A stretch of 64,000 nt of DNA from a bacterium (GTDB taxonomy: Bacteria; Electryoneota; Electryoneia; Electryoneales; Electryoneaceae). Below the pieces are notes generated by a model. The model saw nothing but the letters and a program-made list of their open reading frames with translations. It ran no database searches and had not been told where the DNA came from. Positions 19,533-29,200 of the stretch are shown here, piece by piece. The stretch covers positions 4,736,001 to 4,800,000 of the forward strand of contig OY769902.1 of assembly GCA_963669175.1 (NCBI GenBank), in the 5' to 3' direction. The position numbers and the translations under genes are program-made. Positions within the stretch are counted from its first letter, which is position 1, and each line of letters starts with the position of its first letter.

Positions 19533-20975
19533 TCAAGGCAGCTCATTTTCTCCAGTATCCCCTTCCGACGACAGTACATTTTCCGCAGTAATACTATCGC
19601 GCTGTGCAAGCGCGTCCTGTACACGTTGATACATGAAATCAGGCAAACGTGACTGCATGGCCGACTGAATGGTATTACCTATGATTTTCACACCTTTCAT
19701 GCTGGCCGGGTTCTCCAACCGCTTGCGCCATAGTCGATAAGGACCGCTGGTAAACTCGCTGATCTGCGATTGGGTCAGCTTGACAATAGGACTGCCCTTT
19801 ACACTTAACGGGTTCAGGTGGCGTCCATCTTTCCGAACTTCATAATGCAGGTGCGGTCCTGTCGCCATTCCTGTCGCGCCAACGTATCCTATAACCTGCC
19901 CCTGTTTGACCCACTGACCACGACGCAGACCACGCGCATGGCTGGAGAAATGGCCATACCTGGTAACGTAACCGGAATTCCCATGCGTAATCTCAACCCA
20001 GTTGCCATAACCGGGATCGTTCCGTTCCAGGCGGGTAATTGTCCCAGATCCGGAAGCGACAACAGGTGTACCCCGTGGCGCGCCAAAATCAACCCCACGG
20101 TGCATCTTCCTGTCACCGGTAATTGGGTGTGTGCGCATCCCATAGGTACTGGTTACCCTGGAAGCAGGGAAAGGAGCGCGTAACAGGTCGCGTCTGAATG
20201 AAATACCTTCCGTATCGAAATAATCACCACCAAACTCAGCCTTCGGATCCGAACGCCAGACTGCGGTCATGGTGTCGCCATCCGCCTTCCAATATTGAGC
20301 AACCGGCACATGACCGTAGCCGATCACTTCATCATTGATACTGATCTCTTCCACCAGGAAGCGATAGCCATCTCCCACACGGGTTTCGGATGAGAAGTAT
20401 AACACGAACTGGAATATCTCGATGTACTTCACCGCCATGGCCGGGGTGCCGCCACTGCCCATGAAAGCATCCCAGAATGTGTTCTCTATCGCGCCTTCAG
20501 CGTACACCAGCACAGTGTCAGCAGCCAGTGTATCCACTTGTATCTGGAATTGCCCTTGCTCATTTTCACTGTTGCTACGGCGAATGTGGTAGGATACTGT
20601 TGACTTCGGTCGATGTATCTCAAGATGAACCAGCCCCGAGTCCGTGGTAAGCGCATTTACTTCCGTGCCAATTGGAATGCGGCGCAAATCAGTAGCGTGG
20701 CCGAGAAGTGTCGTAACCGTGTTGTAGTCATTACCAACCAACCCCAGATCCATCAGGGTATTTCCAAGCGTCTCCCCCGACCTGATGGCATGGCTGAAAT
20801 TATATTGCTCTTCCTCTACTGCAATGGATTGCGTCGCGGATTCAGACACGGCCTGTGGCGCAGTGTTGCCGCCAGGAAGGAAGAAACGGAGAATGAACAG
20901 GGAAAAGAGAAAAATGAACAGGGCAGCCGACAATATCACAAGATACCGACCACCCAGTGAAAGGCGATTCCACAT
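19533..20975 (-). CDS. M23 family peptidoglycan DD-endopeptidase (MepM-like)
   Basis: N-terminal TM; HRGVDFGAPRGTP, YGH, TGPHLHYE zinc motifs. Confidence 0.93.
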   Translation of the reverse strand: MWNRLSLGGRYLVILSAALFIFLFSLFILRFFLPGGNTAPQAVSESATQSIAVEEEQYNFSHAIRSGETLGNTLMDLGLVGNDYNTVTTLLGHATDLRRIPIGTEVNALTTDSGLVHLEIHRPKSTVSYHIRRSNSENEQGQFQIQVDTLAADTVLVYAEGAIENTFWDAFMGSGGTPAMAVKYIEIFQFVLYFSSETRVGDGYRFLVEEISINDEVIGYGHVPVAQYWKADGDTMTAVWRSDPKAEFGGDYFDTEGISFRRDLLRAPFPASRVTSTYGMRTHPITGDRKMHRGVDFGAPRGTPVVASGSGTITRLERNDPGYGNWVEITHGNSGYVTRYGHFSSHARGLRRGQWVKQGQVIGYVGATGMATGPHLHYEVRKDGRHLNPLSVKGSPIVKLTQSQISEFTSGPYRLWRKRLENPASMKGVKIIGNTIQSAMQSRLPDFMYQRVQDALAQRDSITAENVLSSEGDTGENELP

Positions 20976-21023
20976 TTGTAACCAGCTTCCCGAACTCAGT
21001 TGACAGTTATCGCGTGTTCCTGA

Positions 21024-21386
21024 TCAGCTACTCATCTGAGCTTTTATCACTTCCGTGCGCTGTTCATGGGTCAGGTAGCCCAATTCGATAAGGAGGTCAC
21101 CGAGAACGCCTTTGGAAGTGGTCTGGTAACGTACCGCTTCGTCCAATTTGCCCTTGCTGATCAACCCCATTTCCAGAGCGCATTCACCAAACCGTTTCCC
21201 AGCGCCTTTTTCTGAACTCTGGAACGCCAGCACCTGTTCAACCTGGTCACTGGTCAGGATCATCATATGAATCATTAATTGACCAAGACGCGCGCGCCCC
21301 TTCTTTTGCAGCGAAATGGCCTCATCCAATTGCTCTTCCGTGAGAAATCCCAAATCAACAACAAGTTCACCAAACATGGCTGACAT
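21024..21386 (-). CDS. Stand-alone protein made of four MshEN-like (c-di-GMP-binding) motifs
   Basis: Four units resembling RLGxxLLxxGxIxxxxLxxxLxxQ; RBS ggagg. Confidence 0.75.
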   Translation of the reverse strand: MSAMFGELVVDLGFLTEEQLDEAISLQKKGRARLGQLMIHMMILTSDQVEQVLAFQSSEKGAGKRFGECALEMGLISKGKLDEAVRYQTTSKGVLGDLLIELGYLTHEQRTEVIKAQMSS

Positions 21387-21467
21387 CGGTGTTTCCTCCC
21401 TTATCCGACGGTAGGTAGCGAACAGGCTCTTACGAATTTATGATTGTAACGCATCCATGAACGGGAA

Positions 21468-22142
21468 TCAACGGGGAACGAGGATTTTCGACGGCACAAC
21501 CCACGCCTCACGGAACCCGGCAGACCGTGCGGAATCTGCGGCGGCATCCGCCTGTGAACGCTGCCTGAAATTCCCGATGCGTACCTTATAGTTAGGGCTC
21601 AGGTACTCCACATACACATCTCTAAACAGTTCTCGCGCCTTCAGGGCAATTTCATCCGCCTTTTCCTGGCTGGTCACATTTGCCAGTTGAACCCGGAATC
21701 CGCGAGCTTCACGAAGCGCTACCGCGACAGCTTCGCCGGACTCGTCTTGTACCTTGCTCCTGGCTTCACGGATCGCCGGCAATTTTTCACCGGCATAGTT
21801 TAACGTATACGAACGATTGATCTTTAGTCGGCGGTTCGGCGTCCAATCGTCACCGCCACTGGAATACACATTGACATAACGCTGCTGTACTGTGGACACT
21901 TCAACAGTATTGTTCAGATTGTCAACCTGAACCGGCGCTGTATAAGGTGACGCAAATTCAGCCCCATCCTGCTCCGCTTCCTGGATATACCGCTCACGTG
22001 GACGCACCGGCTCATCTTCAAATGCAGATCGCGGTGGCGCCGCACATCCTGCAATCAGGAAGAGAAACAGCCCTGTAAAAAATCCAATTTTGCCTGTATT
22101 TCTTCTCTGCACAATCAAAACCTTGTAGAATTCAAGAAACAT
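21468..22142 (-). CDS. SPOR-domain lipoprotein
   Basis: Lipobox IAGC; C-terminal GFRVQL...YKVRIGNF..R..A...GFREAWVV. Confidence 0.85.
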   Translation of the reverse strand: MFLEFYKVLIVQRRNTGKIGFFTGLFLFLIAGCAAPPRSAFEDEPVRPRERYIQEAEQDGAEFASPYTAPVQVDNLNNTVEVSTVQQRYVNVYSSGGDDWTPNRRLKINRSYTLNYAGEKLPAIREARSKVQDESGEAVAVALREARGFRVQLANVTSQEKADEIALKARELFRDVYVEYLSPNYKVRIGNFRQRSQADAAADSARSAGFREAWVVPSKILVPR

Positions 22143-22230
22143 CCTGCCTTACATCTGGATTTCTTTGCAGAAGATCTGTGTTTTTCATTTCATATGCAAC
22201 GGTAAACCGCTATAACATAATCGAGCTGAA

Positions 22231-23775
22231 TTACGGCGCTGATTGCACCCGGACAAACTTTTTACCAGCCATTTTTGACCCGGATTTCAATCGGACAAAA
22301 TATGTGCCGTTCGGCATGCGTATCCCGTTATTACTTTTTCCATCCCAGTTTATTGCATAGGGGCCGCTGTCATTAAAAACCCGATATTCCCGCCAGACCA
22401 GTTGCCCCAGGATATTGAAAATGGATATTTCCACCTCATCGCTCGGGTCTACATCAAATTCAATCGACATGGCACCGGCGGAAGGATTGGGATATAGCCC
22501 TTTAAAAACAATATCATCACCCGGATCATTGTTTGCAGCTATTGCCTCAACAGTATATGTTTTTGCATTGGGGTAAATACTGGTGAATGCGACGAAGCAA
22601 GGTTGACCAATTATTGGATTGGTTATGTCCAGATCCCAGATAAAGGTCCATTCACCACTGTGCGTTTTTGCACCGGCGCCCATGCCCAGGTAATCGATTC
22701 CATGCCCGTCCCCAATGTTGATAAAATCATTTACGCCATTGGGGATATGGATGAGTTTCATCCCCCAGGGACCAAGCGTTCCCTGCCAACTGATATCGGT
22801 CGAGGATACTGTCATGGCAACAGCTTCAGGATAGTATTCAGCATCTTCGAAGCCAAACCCATCTATCGAACGTGATCCGGTGGCATAAAACCACATGCCG
22901 TAACGCGCTGCATACTGGTTCAAGAATTGATACTGGTCCGGATACCTTTCTCTGACAGATTCGATCCCAACCAATGCTGCATCGTAAACCGTGCTTTCGC
23001 TGTTTGCCTCCATTTCTTCCCAGGCAATACGAATCGCCTCAATCCCAAGCGTCTGGTGAATGAAATGCACAAATACACAGGCAGCGTATTCACGATTGTC
23101 GCCACTACGCAACAATGAAGATTGAGGCTCTGCGAAATAGCCGTCAAGGTACCAGATATAATCATCGATCAATGGGTAGGCCACATCCTCCATCCAGGTG
23201 CTGTACCATTCATAAAATTGAACTTGGAACAAATTGACCCTATACCCGAACTGGATAACGTGGAAAAACTCATGAGCCAGGGTCACCCGCAATCCATTCA
23301 TCCCCCTGGTAGGATAGTAGCTTTCCGCAAAATCATTGTCACATTGAATGTATGACGGGACATCGGTACCAATGCTTCCCAGGGGGTGAGTGCTGCCGTA
23401 GTAACCATCCAGGTCCAGCAGGTAGACATGATAGTACCCGTCGTCCTCTGTCGGCGGGCTCTTGAACCCCAGCGATTCGACTTCCAGGGCGTACATCTGA
23501 TCCATGATGGACAATGTGCTGTCCACAAACCCGGCTGCGGGTACATCCACACCGGAAGTTGCGAAGTGGACTTTGAATCTGCCTGACGGGGAAACACGTT
23601 CTTCAGACAACACCGGACGCATGGCCATGGCGCTGCGAGCGGCCTGAAGCGCTTCAACGGTGCCACAGCGATTACGTAATCCTGAGGCGTTTAAATCCAA
23701 AGGGTGAGCAATCCAGATACCAAGCAGGAGAATGAACCAGGGCAGGCAAGTTCTTTTCAGGTTAGCAACGATCAT
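22231..23775 (-). CDS. Secreted zinc metalloprotease (MXAN_6640-like) with FlgD/T9SS-type C-terminal domain
   Basis: RCGT propeptide motif, TLAHEFFHVIQFGY, YPNP...WDGK..G...PNGTYF tail. Confidence 0.85.
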   Translation of the reverse strand: MIVANLKRTCLPWFILLLGIWIAHPLDLNASGLRNRCGTVEALQAARSAMAMRPVLSEERVSPSGRFKVHFATSGVDVPAAGFVDSTLSIMDQMYALEVESLGFKSPPTEDDGYYHVYLLDLDGYYGSTHPLGSIGTDVPSYIQCDNDFAESYYPTRGMNGLRVTLAHEFFHVIQFGYRVNLFQVQFYEWYSTWMEDVAYPLIDDYIWYLDGYFAEPQSSLLRSGDNREYAACVFVHFIHQTLGIEAIRIAWEEMEANSESTVYDAALVGIESVRERYPDQYQFLNQYAARYGMWFYATGSRSIDGFGFEDAEYYPEAVAMTVSSTDISWQGTLGPWGMKLIHIPNGVNDFINIGDGHGIDYLGMGAGAKTHSGEWTFIWDLDITNPIIGQPCFVAFTSIYPNAKTYTVEAIAANNDPGDDIVFKGLYPNPSAGAMSIEFDVDPSDEVEISIFNILGQLVWREYRVFNDSGPYAINWDGKSNNGIRMPNGTYFVRLKSGSKMAGKKFVRVQSAP

Positions 23776-23870
23776 GTCCGGTTCCTTGTCTTCGCTTTTG
23801 ATAAAATAAGTTCAGCGTAGTATCAGCTCAAGAACCGGGTGTTTTCCGCATTGATGCCAATCAGCTACTT

Positions 23871-24104
23871 TTACTCACGGTTCAATGTCCGGAAGAACTG
23901 GTCCGGACGATCCTGGCTGGTTTGAAGGTGGCGAACGGTCAGATAAAAATCGCTTTTACACTTCCCGCAATGAAACGGGAACAGGCCGGCCCAGAGCAGC
24001 CATTTCTTCTGCATATAGGTATGCCGTTCCTGACGACGAATGCGATGGGAACCACACTTGGGGCAGACTGGCTTGCTCCAGGTCCAGAATCTAAAACTGA
24101 TCAT
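23871..24104 (-). CDS. Small zinc-ribbon protein
   Basis: CPKC and CGKC pairs; starts 19 bp after hpnD stop. Confidence 0.55.
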   Translation of the reverse strand: MISFRFWTWSKPVCPKCGSHRIRRQERHTYMQKKWLLWAGLFPFHCGKCKSDFYLTVRHLQTSQDRPDQFFRTLNRE

Positions 24105-24122
24105 TGTATACCAGTGTTTTGT

Positions 24123-24974
24123 TTAAAAGGCTGTCACAGCGGCAAGCACTTCACCCGCCTTACGCCACGGTGGCAAACTTACACGATGATCCAGGATCTG
24201 GCAGGGATCCTGCTCTATCTTGTACAGCAACGCACGGTATACTCTGCGCATGGCTTCCGACGTCATCAAACGCGCCGCTGCTGATTTCGGACGGTATTTT
24301 TCTGCTTCGTTATAGGCCAGTTTCGCCATGCTGATCAGGCTGCGGATCAGGGCTTCCATCCGTTTGCCACGGCGTCCACGTGCAATATCATCCGCGGTGA
24401 CACCATGCTGATCCAGCAATTCACGGGGTACATACACCCTGCCATTGAGCGCATCGGTACGCAGATCACGAATGACATTGGTCAACTGCATGGCGCGTCC
24501 CAGCGCCATACCATATTTCTTCGCCTGTTCACCGGCAACGCCGAACACTTCCAGGCACAACAGGCCGACAGTTCCCGCCGCACGGTAGCAGTATTCATCC
24601 AATTCGTCTTTGGTGCTGAGCGCTACGGGTTTGATGTCCCCTTCCATGCCGACCAGCAAATCATCGAAATACTGTTTCGAAAGGCGGTATTTACCGACCG
24701 TATCGGCCAGAGCCAGTTCCATCGGGGATTCCGGGGTTCCGGTGTATACACGCTCCAATCCGCACTGAACTACTTCCAGCGCAGCACGACGCAATGACTC
24801 GTCAGGAAGTTCATCAACAGCATCATCTGCGGCACGACAGAACGCGTAGACCGCGTAAATCGCGTATCGTTTGGTACGAGGTAACAACTGGAACGCCATG
24901 AAGAAGTTGCCCGCAGAACGCTTGACCACTTCCTTGCAATACTGGTATGCACTCCCCAGGTGCTGGACTTTCAT
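24123..24974 (-). CDS. hpnD: Presqualene diphosphate synthase HpnD (squalene/phytoene synthase family)
   Basis: YAVYAFCRAADDAVD, YCYRAAGTVG, QLTNVIRD, GRVYVP; overlaps hpnC stop. Confidence 0.85.
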   Translation of the reverse strand: MKVQHLGSAYQYCKEVVKRSAGNFFMAFQLLPRTKRYAIYAVYAFCRAADDAVDELPDESLRRAALEVVQCGLERVYTGTPESPMELALADTVGKYRLSKQYFDDLLVGMEGDIKPVALSTKDELDEYCYRAAGTVGLLCLEVFGVAGEQAKKYGMALGRAMQLTNVIRDLRTDALNGRVYVPRELLDQHGVTADDIARGRRGKRMEALIRSLISMAKLAYNEAEKYRPKSAAARLMTSEAMRRVYRALLYKIEQDPCQILDHRVSLPPWRKAGEVLAAVTAF

Positions 24975-25855
24975 CAGATCGGCCTATGAGTAAGCGCCCG
25001 CATGAGCAGGGCGACTTTTTGAAGTTTCGAAACCTCTACATGTCCACTGGACACGGAATAACCGGCTTTGCGCATGGCGTACAACGCTGTCCGTCCCCCG
25101 CCATGAAACAAGATCAACTGGGTTTTCAACGACGCACGAACCCGGTACAATAACGGGCGGCCTCTTTGAAAATACCGTTCCGCTCGAATCGCCTCAAATG
25201 CCAGCAATTCACGCAACGGTTGCGGAGTCGGCTGCTCCGCGAACATCTCTTCGGTCACACTGAAACGCTCCAGATCCTCGAGCGGGAGATAAATCCGGTC
25301 CCGTTCGAGGTAATCCTCGCGAACGTCCTGCATGAAGTTGACCAGTTGCAGCCCGGTGCAGATCGCATCCGACATACGGTCCAGCTCCGGGTCACGATAG
25401 CCGTAAAACCTCAGCACCAACCGTCCCACAGGATCAGCAGAACCGACCGTGTACCCGCGAACGTCACGCCAAGTTTGGTATCGTCCAACCTCCTGGTCCT
25501 GACGAAAGGCGATCAGGAGACGGTCAAAGATGCTTTGCTCCAGACGTCGCGCCTGCACCACCGGTTCCAGCGCTATAAAGGCCGGGTGATCCGGTGGCTC
25601 ACCACGATACAACGAGTCCAGCTTCTCCTGCCATACGTCGAGCGCCGACAGCCGCTTCTGCTTCAGGGCCTCCAACTCGCTGGAAGTCCCTGTCCCCTCG
25701 AGATCGGCACAATCGTCGGCGCCCCGCGCAAAGGCATAGAGCGCGAAGTACTCGTTCTGTTTTTCCGGCGGCAGGAACCACCCGGCGACGGTAAAATTCT
25801 CGTAATGAGTCGTCGCCAGCTCCCGGCACCATTGCTGTGCTTCAGCCAACGTCAT
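24974..25855 (-). CDS. hpnC: Hydroxysqualene synthase HpnC
   Basis: HYENFTVA, YAFARGADD, SADPVGRLVL, SDAICTGLQLVNFMQD motifs. Confidence 0.92.
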   Translation of the reverse strand: MTLAEAQQWCRELATTHYENFTVAGWFLPPEKQNEYFALYAFARGADDCADLEGTGTSSELEALKQKRLSALDVWQEKLDSLYRGEPPDHPAFIALEPVVQARRLEQSIFDRLLIAFRQDQEVGRYQTWRDVRGYTVGSADPVGRLVLRFYGYRDPELDRMSDAICTGLQLVNFMQDVREDYLERDRIYLPLEDLERFSVTEEMFAEQPTPQPLRELLAFEAIRAERYFQRGRPLLYRVRASLKTQLILFHGGGRTALYAMRKAGYSVSSGHVEVSKLQKVALLMRALTHRPI

Positions 25856-26106
25856 GTTTCTGCCAACCAGAAATATACAAAAAACAGCGAATGACTAACA
25901 AGTTTCAGGACATACTACCTGGCACTTCATTTTCATCGACACCACTCGGCTTTTGACCACGTCAGTCCATTGGCCCCGCCAGTCCATTGGCCCCGCCAGC
26001 TTGCTGGCGGTGGTCTACTCTAATTCAATAAAGGATATCTACCATATTCCCCGGCCAGGCATGGCCGGGCTACTTTTTTCACTGCCTACTTTTTTCACTT
26101 CCCAAC

Positions 26107-27465
26107 TTACTTCTCCAGCCTGCCCCGCACCGAAGCAACCACATCTTCCACGATCTTCTTGTATTCCAGCATCCGTTCTTCGGTATCGGCCTCAAAACGC
26201 AGCACCAGCACCGGTTGCGTATTGCTGGGACGGCACAGCCCCCACCCATGATCAAAATTGACCCGTACACCATCAATATCGACCACGTCATAACGCGCCT
26301 TCAGCTCGGTCGCCACTTCCGCAACGACGTCAAACTTGATCTCGTCGGGGCAATCGACACGCATTTCCGGTGTGGACGGATAATTCGGCAGATCCGACAG
26401 CAGCTCGGACAACGGTTTGTCTTCCATCGCTACGATTTCCGCCAACCGTACGGACGCGTAAATCGCATCATCGAAGCCGAACCAGCGATCATTGAAGAAC
26501 ATGTGCCCGCTCATTTCACCCGCCATCTTCGCGCCGGTTTCCTTCAACTTGGCTTTCAGGAACGAATGTCCGGTCCGCCACATGATCGGGTCGCCGCCGT
26601 GTTTGGCGATATCATCGTACAGCGCCTTGGAGCACTTGACCTCACCGATAATCTGCGCACCGGGATTGTCTTTCAGCACATAACGTGAGAACAGGGCCAG
26701 CAGACGATCGCCCCAGAGAATATTGCCCTTGTCATCGATCACGCCGATACGGTCCGCATCGCCATCATAGGCCACGCCGAACTCGAGCTTGTTGTCCAGC
26801 ACGCACTTCCGCACGTCCACCAGGTTCTTTTCCACCGTGGGATCGGGATGATGATTCGGGAAGGCGCCGTCAACCTCGCTGAACAGCTCCAGCGGTTCAC
26901 AGCCAAACGCACGGAACAGGTCCGGCGCAACCAGCCCGCCGACACCGTTGCCACTGTCCAGTACCGTCTGCACCGTACGCTTCAGGGTAATGTTCCCGAC
27001 GATATAATCGATATAGTCCTGCTTGATGTTCTTTTCCTTGATCCAACCTTCGCCGCTGTCGAACTTTTCCGCCACAATGCGACGATAGATTTCCTGGATG
27101 GTGTCACCATACAGGGTTTCCTTCTGGATCAGCATCTTGAAGCCGTTAAACTCGGGCGGGTTGTGCGAGCCGGTGATTTGTACTGCAGCGTCCACGTCCA
27201 TATGGAACTGCGCGAAATACAGAACTGGAGTCGGGACCATGCCCACATCCACGATATCCGCGCCTACGCTGTTCACGCCTTCCGAGAACGCCTGCACCAG
27301 CATCGGGCCGCTGGTCCGCCCGTCACGTCCCACCGCAACCGTCTTGCCGCCGCGTTCCTTCACCCACGTGCCAAACGCCTTCCCGATCAGGTTGGCGACC
27401 TCTTCCGTCAGGTCTTCCCCAATCACACCACGAATATCATACTGCCTGAAAATATGAGGGTTCAT
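26107..27465 (-). CDS. Phosphomannomutase/phosphoglucomutase (AlgC-like)
   Basis: FRQYDIRG, ITGSHNP, YDGDADR, GEMSGH motifs. Confidence 0.95.
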   Translation of the reverse strand: MNPHIFRQYDIRGVIGEDLTEEVANLIGKAFGTWVKERGGKTVAVGRDGRTSGPMLVQAFSEGVNSVGADIVDVGMVPTPVLYFAQFHMDVDAAVQITGSHNPPEFNGFKMLIQKETLYGDTIQEIYRRIVAEKFDSGEGWIKEKNIKQDYIDYIVGNITLKRTVQTVLDSGNGVGGLVAPDLFRAFGCEPLELFSEVDGAFPNHHPDPTVEKNLVDVRKCVLDNKLEFGVAYDGDADRIGVIDDKGNILWGDRLLALFSRYVLKDNPGAQIIGEVKCSKALYDDIAKHGGDPIMWRTGHSFLKAKLKETGAKMAGEMSGHMFFNDRWFGFDDAIYASVRLAEIVAMEDKPLSELLSDLPNYPSTPEMRVDCPDEIKFDVVAEVATELKARYDVVDIDGVRVNFDHGWGLCRPSNTQPVLVLRFEADTEERMLEYKKIVEDVVASVRGRLEK

Positions 27466-27684
27466 CTTGTAATCCTCCCGTTTGTCTTAATGCCTTTGAC
27501 CGGGAATCTAACCACCACACCACGTAAATGAAACTCCATCCCGTCCGAAATAATAGACAGCAGGGATTTGAGAATGGTGAACACGGTCACTTCCGGCTCT
27601 CCCCGCCCCCTATGTCATCCCCAGGTCAGAGCCTGTCCTCGAATGGAGTTGTCGGGGATCAATCGGGGACTTGTGCGCCGAGGC

Positions 27685-27765
27685 GTATCTCGCAGTTCGA
27701 TGTGAGTAATCATGTGGCCCCGACGGCTTGAAACACGCTGAAGCGAAGTGGAAGCGGCTGCCCGG
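27685..27765. repeat. Dispersed palindromic repeat (atctcg..ttcgatgtg...ccccgacggcttgaa...ctgcccgg)
   Basis: Related copies at 37918-38006, 61643-61804 and partial at 40222-40250. Confidence 0.7.
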
Positions 27766-27768
27766 ACG

Positions 27769-28019
27769 GGACGGGTGGCCCTATTCGCACGTGAGAGTGT
27801 TGACGCTCCTTTTGTTGGATGGATACTGTGATGCAGAAACAGTCCATGACGCCAATTCAGAGTGAATAGGGACGGTGTCAGATCGGAAGCTCTTCGAATG
27901 GAACACAACACTTTATCCCGATGCTCTCATGAGGATTGGATGAGGAGAAGGATACAGTGAGAGTTTTTCTGCTGTACTGCAAGTAGAAGCTGTATCACTT
28001 GGGCATCGGCCACCCGTCC
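27769..28019. mobile_element. Non-autonomous element family 2, copy 1 (251 bp)
   Basis: Terminal inverted repeat ggacgggtggcc / ggccacccgtcc; homologous to 39955-40398; no target duplication. Confidence 0.7.
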
Positions 28020-29085
28020 GTCAATATATATCCCCATGCCGCTAAATGCTCCTGATATATCACTGCTTTCTATTGTCATTCCTAAAATCGTATTGTTTTT
28101 GATTTCTATGACACTGGAATCATGTTCTGCAATTTTAATCCCGGTGTTACATTGATAAATCTGGTTCCTCACAAGAATTTGTGCATCCGGGCAATGTTTT
28201 GGCAGGTCTTGACGCGACATTCTGTCTTCGGCTTTAGCAATGTTTTCCTGAATAACGATGATGCAGAAACCGCCTCTCGCCCTGTTTTTGTCGCGTTGTG
28301 ACCTGCCACCGATATCAGCATTCTCGCAGTCGTCAGGTCACAACACGATGCCTGACGACGAACTATCATGTAAAATTGCATGCGTAAAGTCGGACAGGTA
28401 TCTGAAATTGCGGTAAAAAACAAGAAAAAGGCATCGTGTCAAGACCTGACGAAACGTGCTCGTCGATTGTATGTACAAATTCTTGTGAGCAGCCATAAAT
28501 CTGATTGTGATTAAAATATACACTATCAGGATTTGGGTTTCCGACATAATGCGCTCCCAATCCAGTTCCGTCACAGTAGCGAATGGTCGAATTCTCCACT
28601 CGCAAAGTGGCATACCCGTATGCTAATATTGCTGCACCATCAGGATATGAGCTTGAATCCGGGTCGCCGCCATACTCAACAGTACAGTATTGAAAGTTCC
28701 CAACAGCACGAGTAGCAGCGTTATCCCCTTCAAAAATGATTTGGCCCCAAGCGCCGGGTATGTGTGTTGAGCTAGTGAAGGTGATTGAATCGGATACTGT
28801 ACCTTCAGCGGTAAGCGTCGCACCACCGTCTATGATGAGAGAATATTCACCTGTGAATCGAACTTCAACACCTGGATAAATCTCAAGGTCAACTCCATTA
28901 AGAACACTGATTGTCGTTGCGCCACCATCAGGGCTGATGTAAACGATGTCCTCTCCAGCTTGGTCACCCCATGTTGTGAGGTTAGCATTTGTGCCATCAA
29001 TGTCTTCTGTGATATCAAGTGCCCACCCAGGGATACTGAAGGCAAGAAGAGTTACTATAACCACTAAGTACTTTCGCCAGTGCAT
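28020..29085 (-). pseudogene. Secreted beta-helix protein gene interrupted by MITE-1 and 3'-truncated at the family-2 element
   Basis: Signal peptide and RBS ggagg; removing 28163-28494 plus one TSD restores ...FNHNQIYQCNTGIKIAEHD...GIYIDG; homologous to 5643-6332. Confidence 0.88.
28163..28494. mobile_element. MITE family 1, copy 2 (opposite orientation)
   Basis: TIRs ggttcctcacaagaatttgtgcat / atgtacaaattcttgtgagcagcc; 8-bp target duplication ataaatct. Confidence 0.93.
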
Positions 29086-29111
29086 CTTAACCTCCTACAT
29101 TGAAAAATGGA

Positions 29112-29178
29112 TCGAGACTCCATGTCTCGACTGTTTAGGGCCGTGCGGGACGAGCTGTCAACTTGAGCCCGCACGGCC
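29112..29178 (-). promoter_or_regulatory. Conserved two-hairpin intergenic element, copy 2
   Basis: Stems GGCCGTGCGGG/CCCGCACGGCC and TCGAGAC/GTCTCGA; same position and layout as 6355-6426. Confidence 0.6.
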
Positions 29179-29200
29179 GTCCTTTTCGACTTCAATTAAA

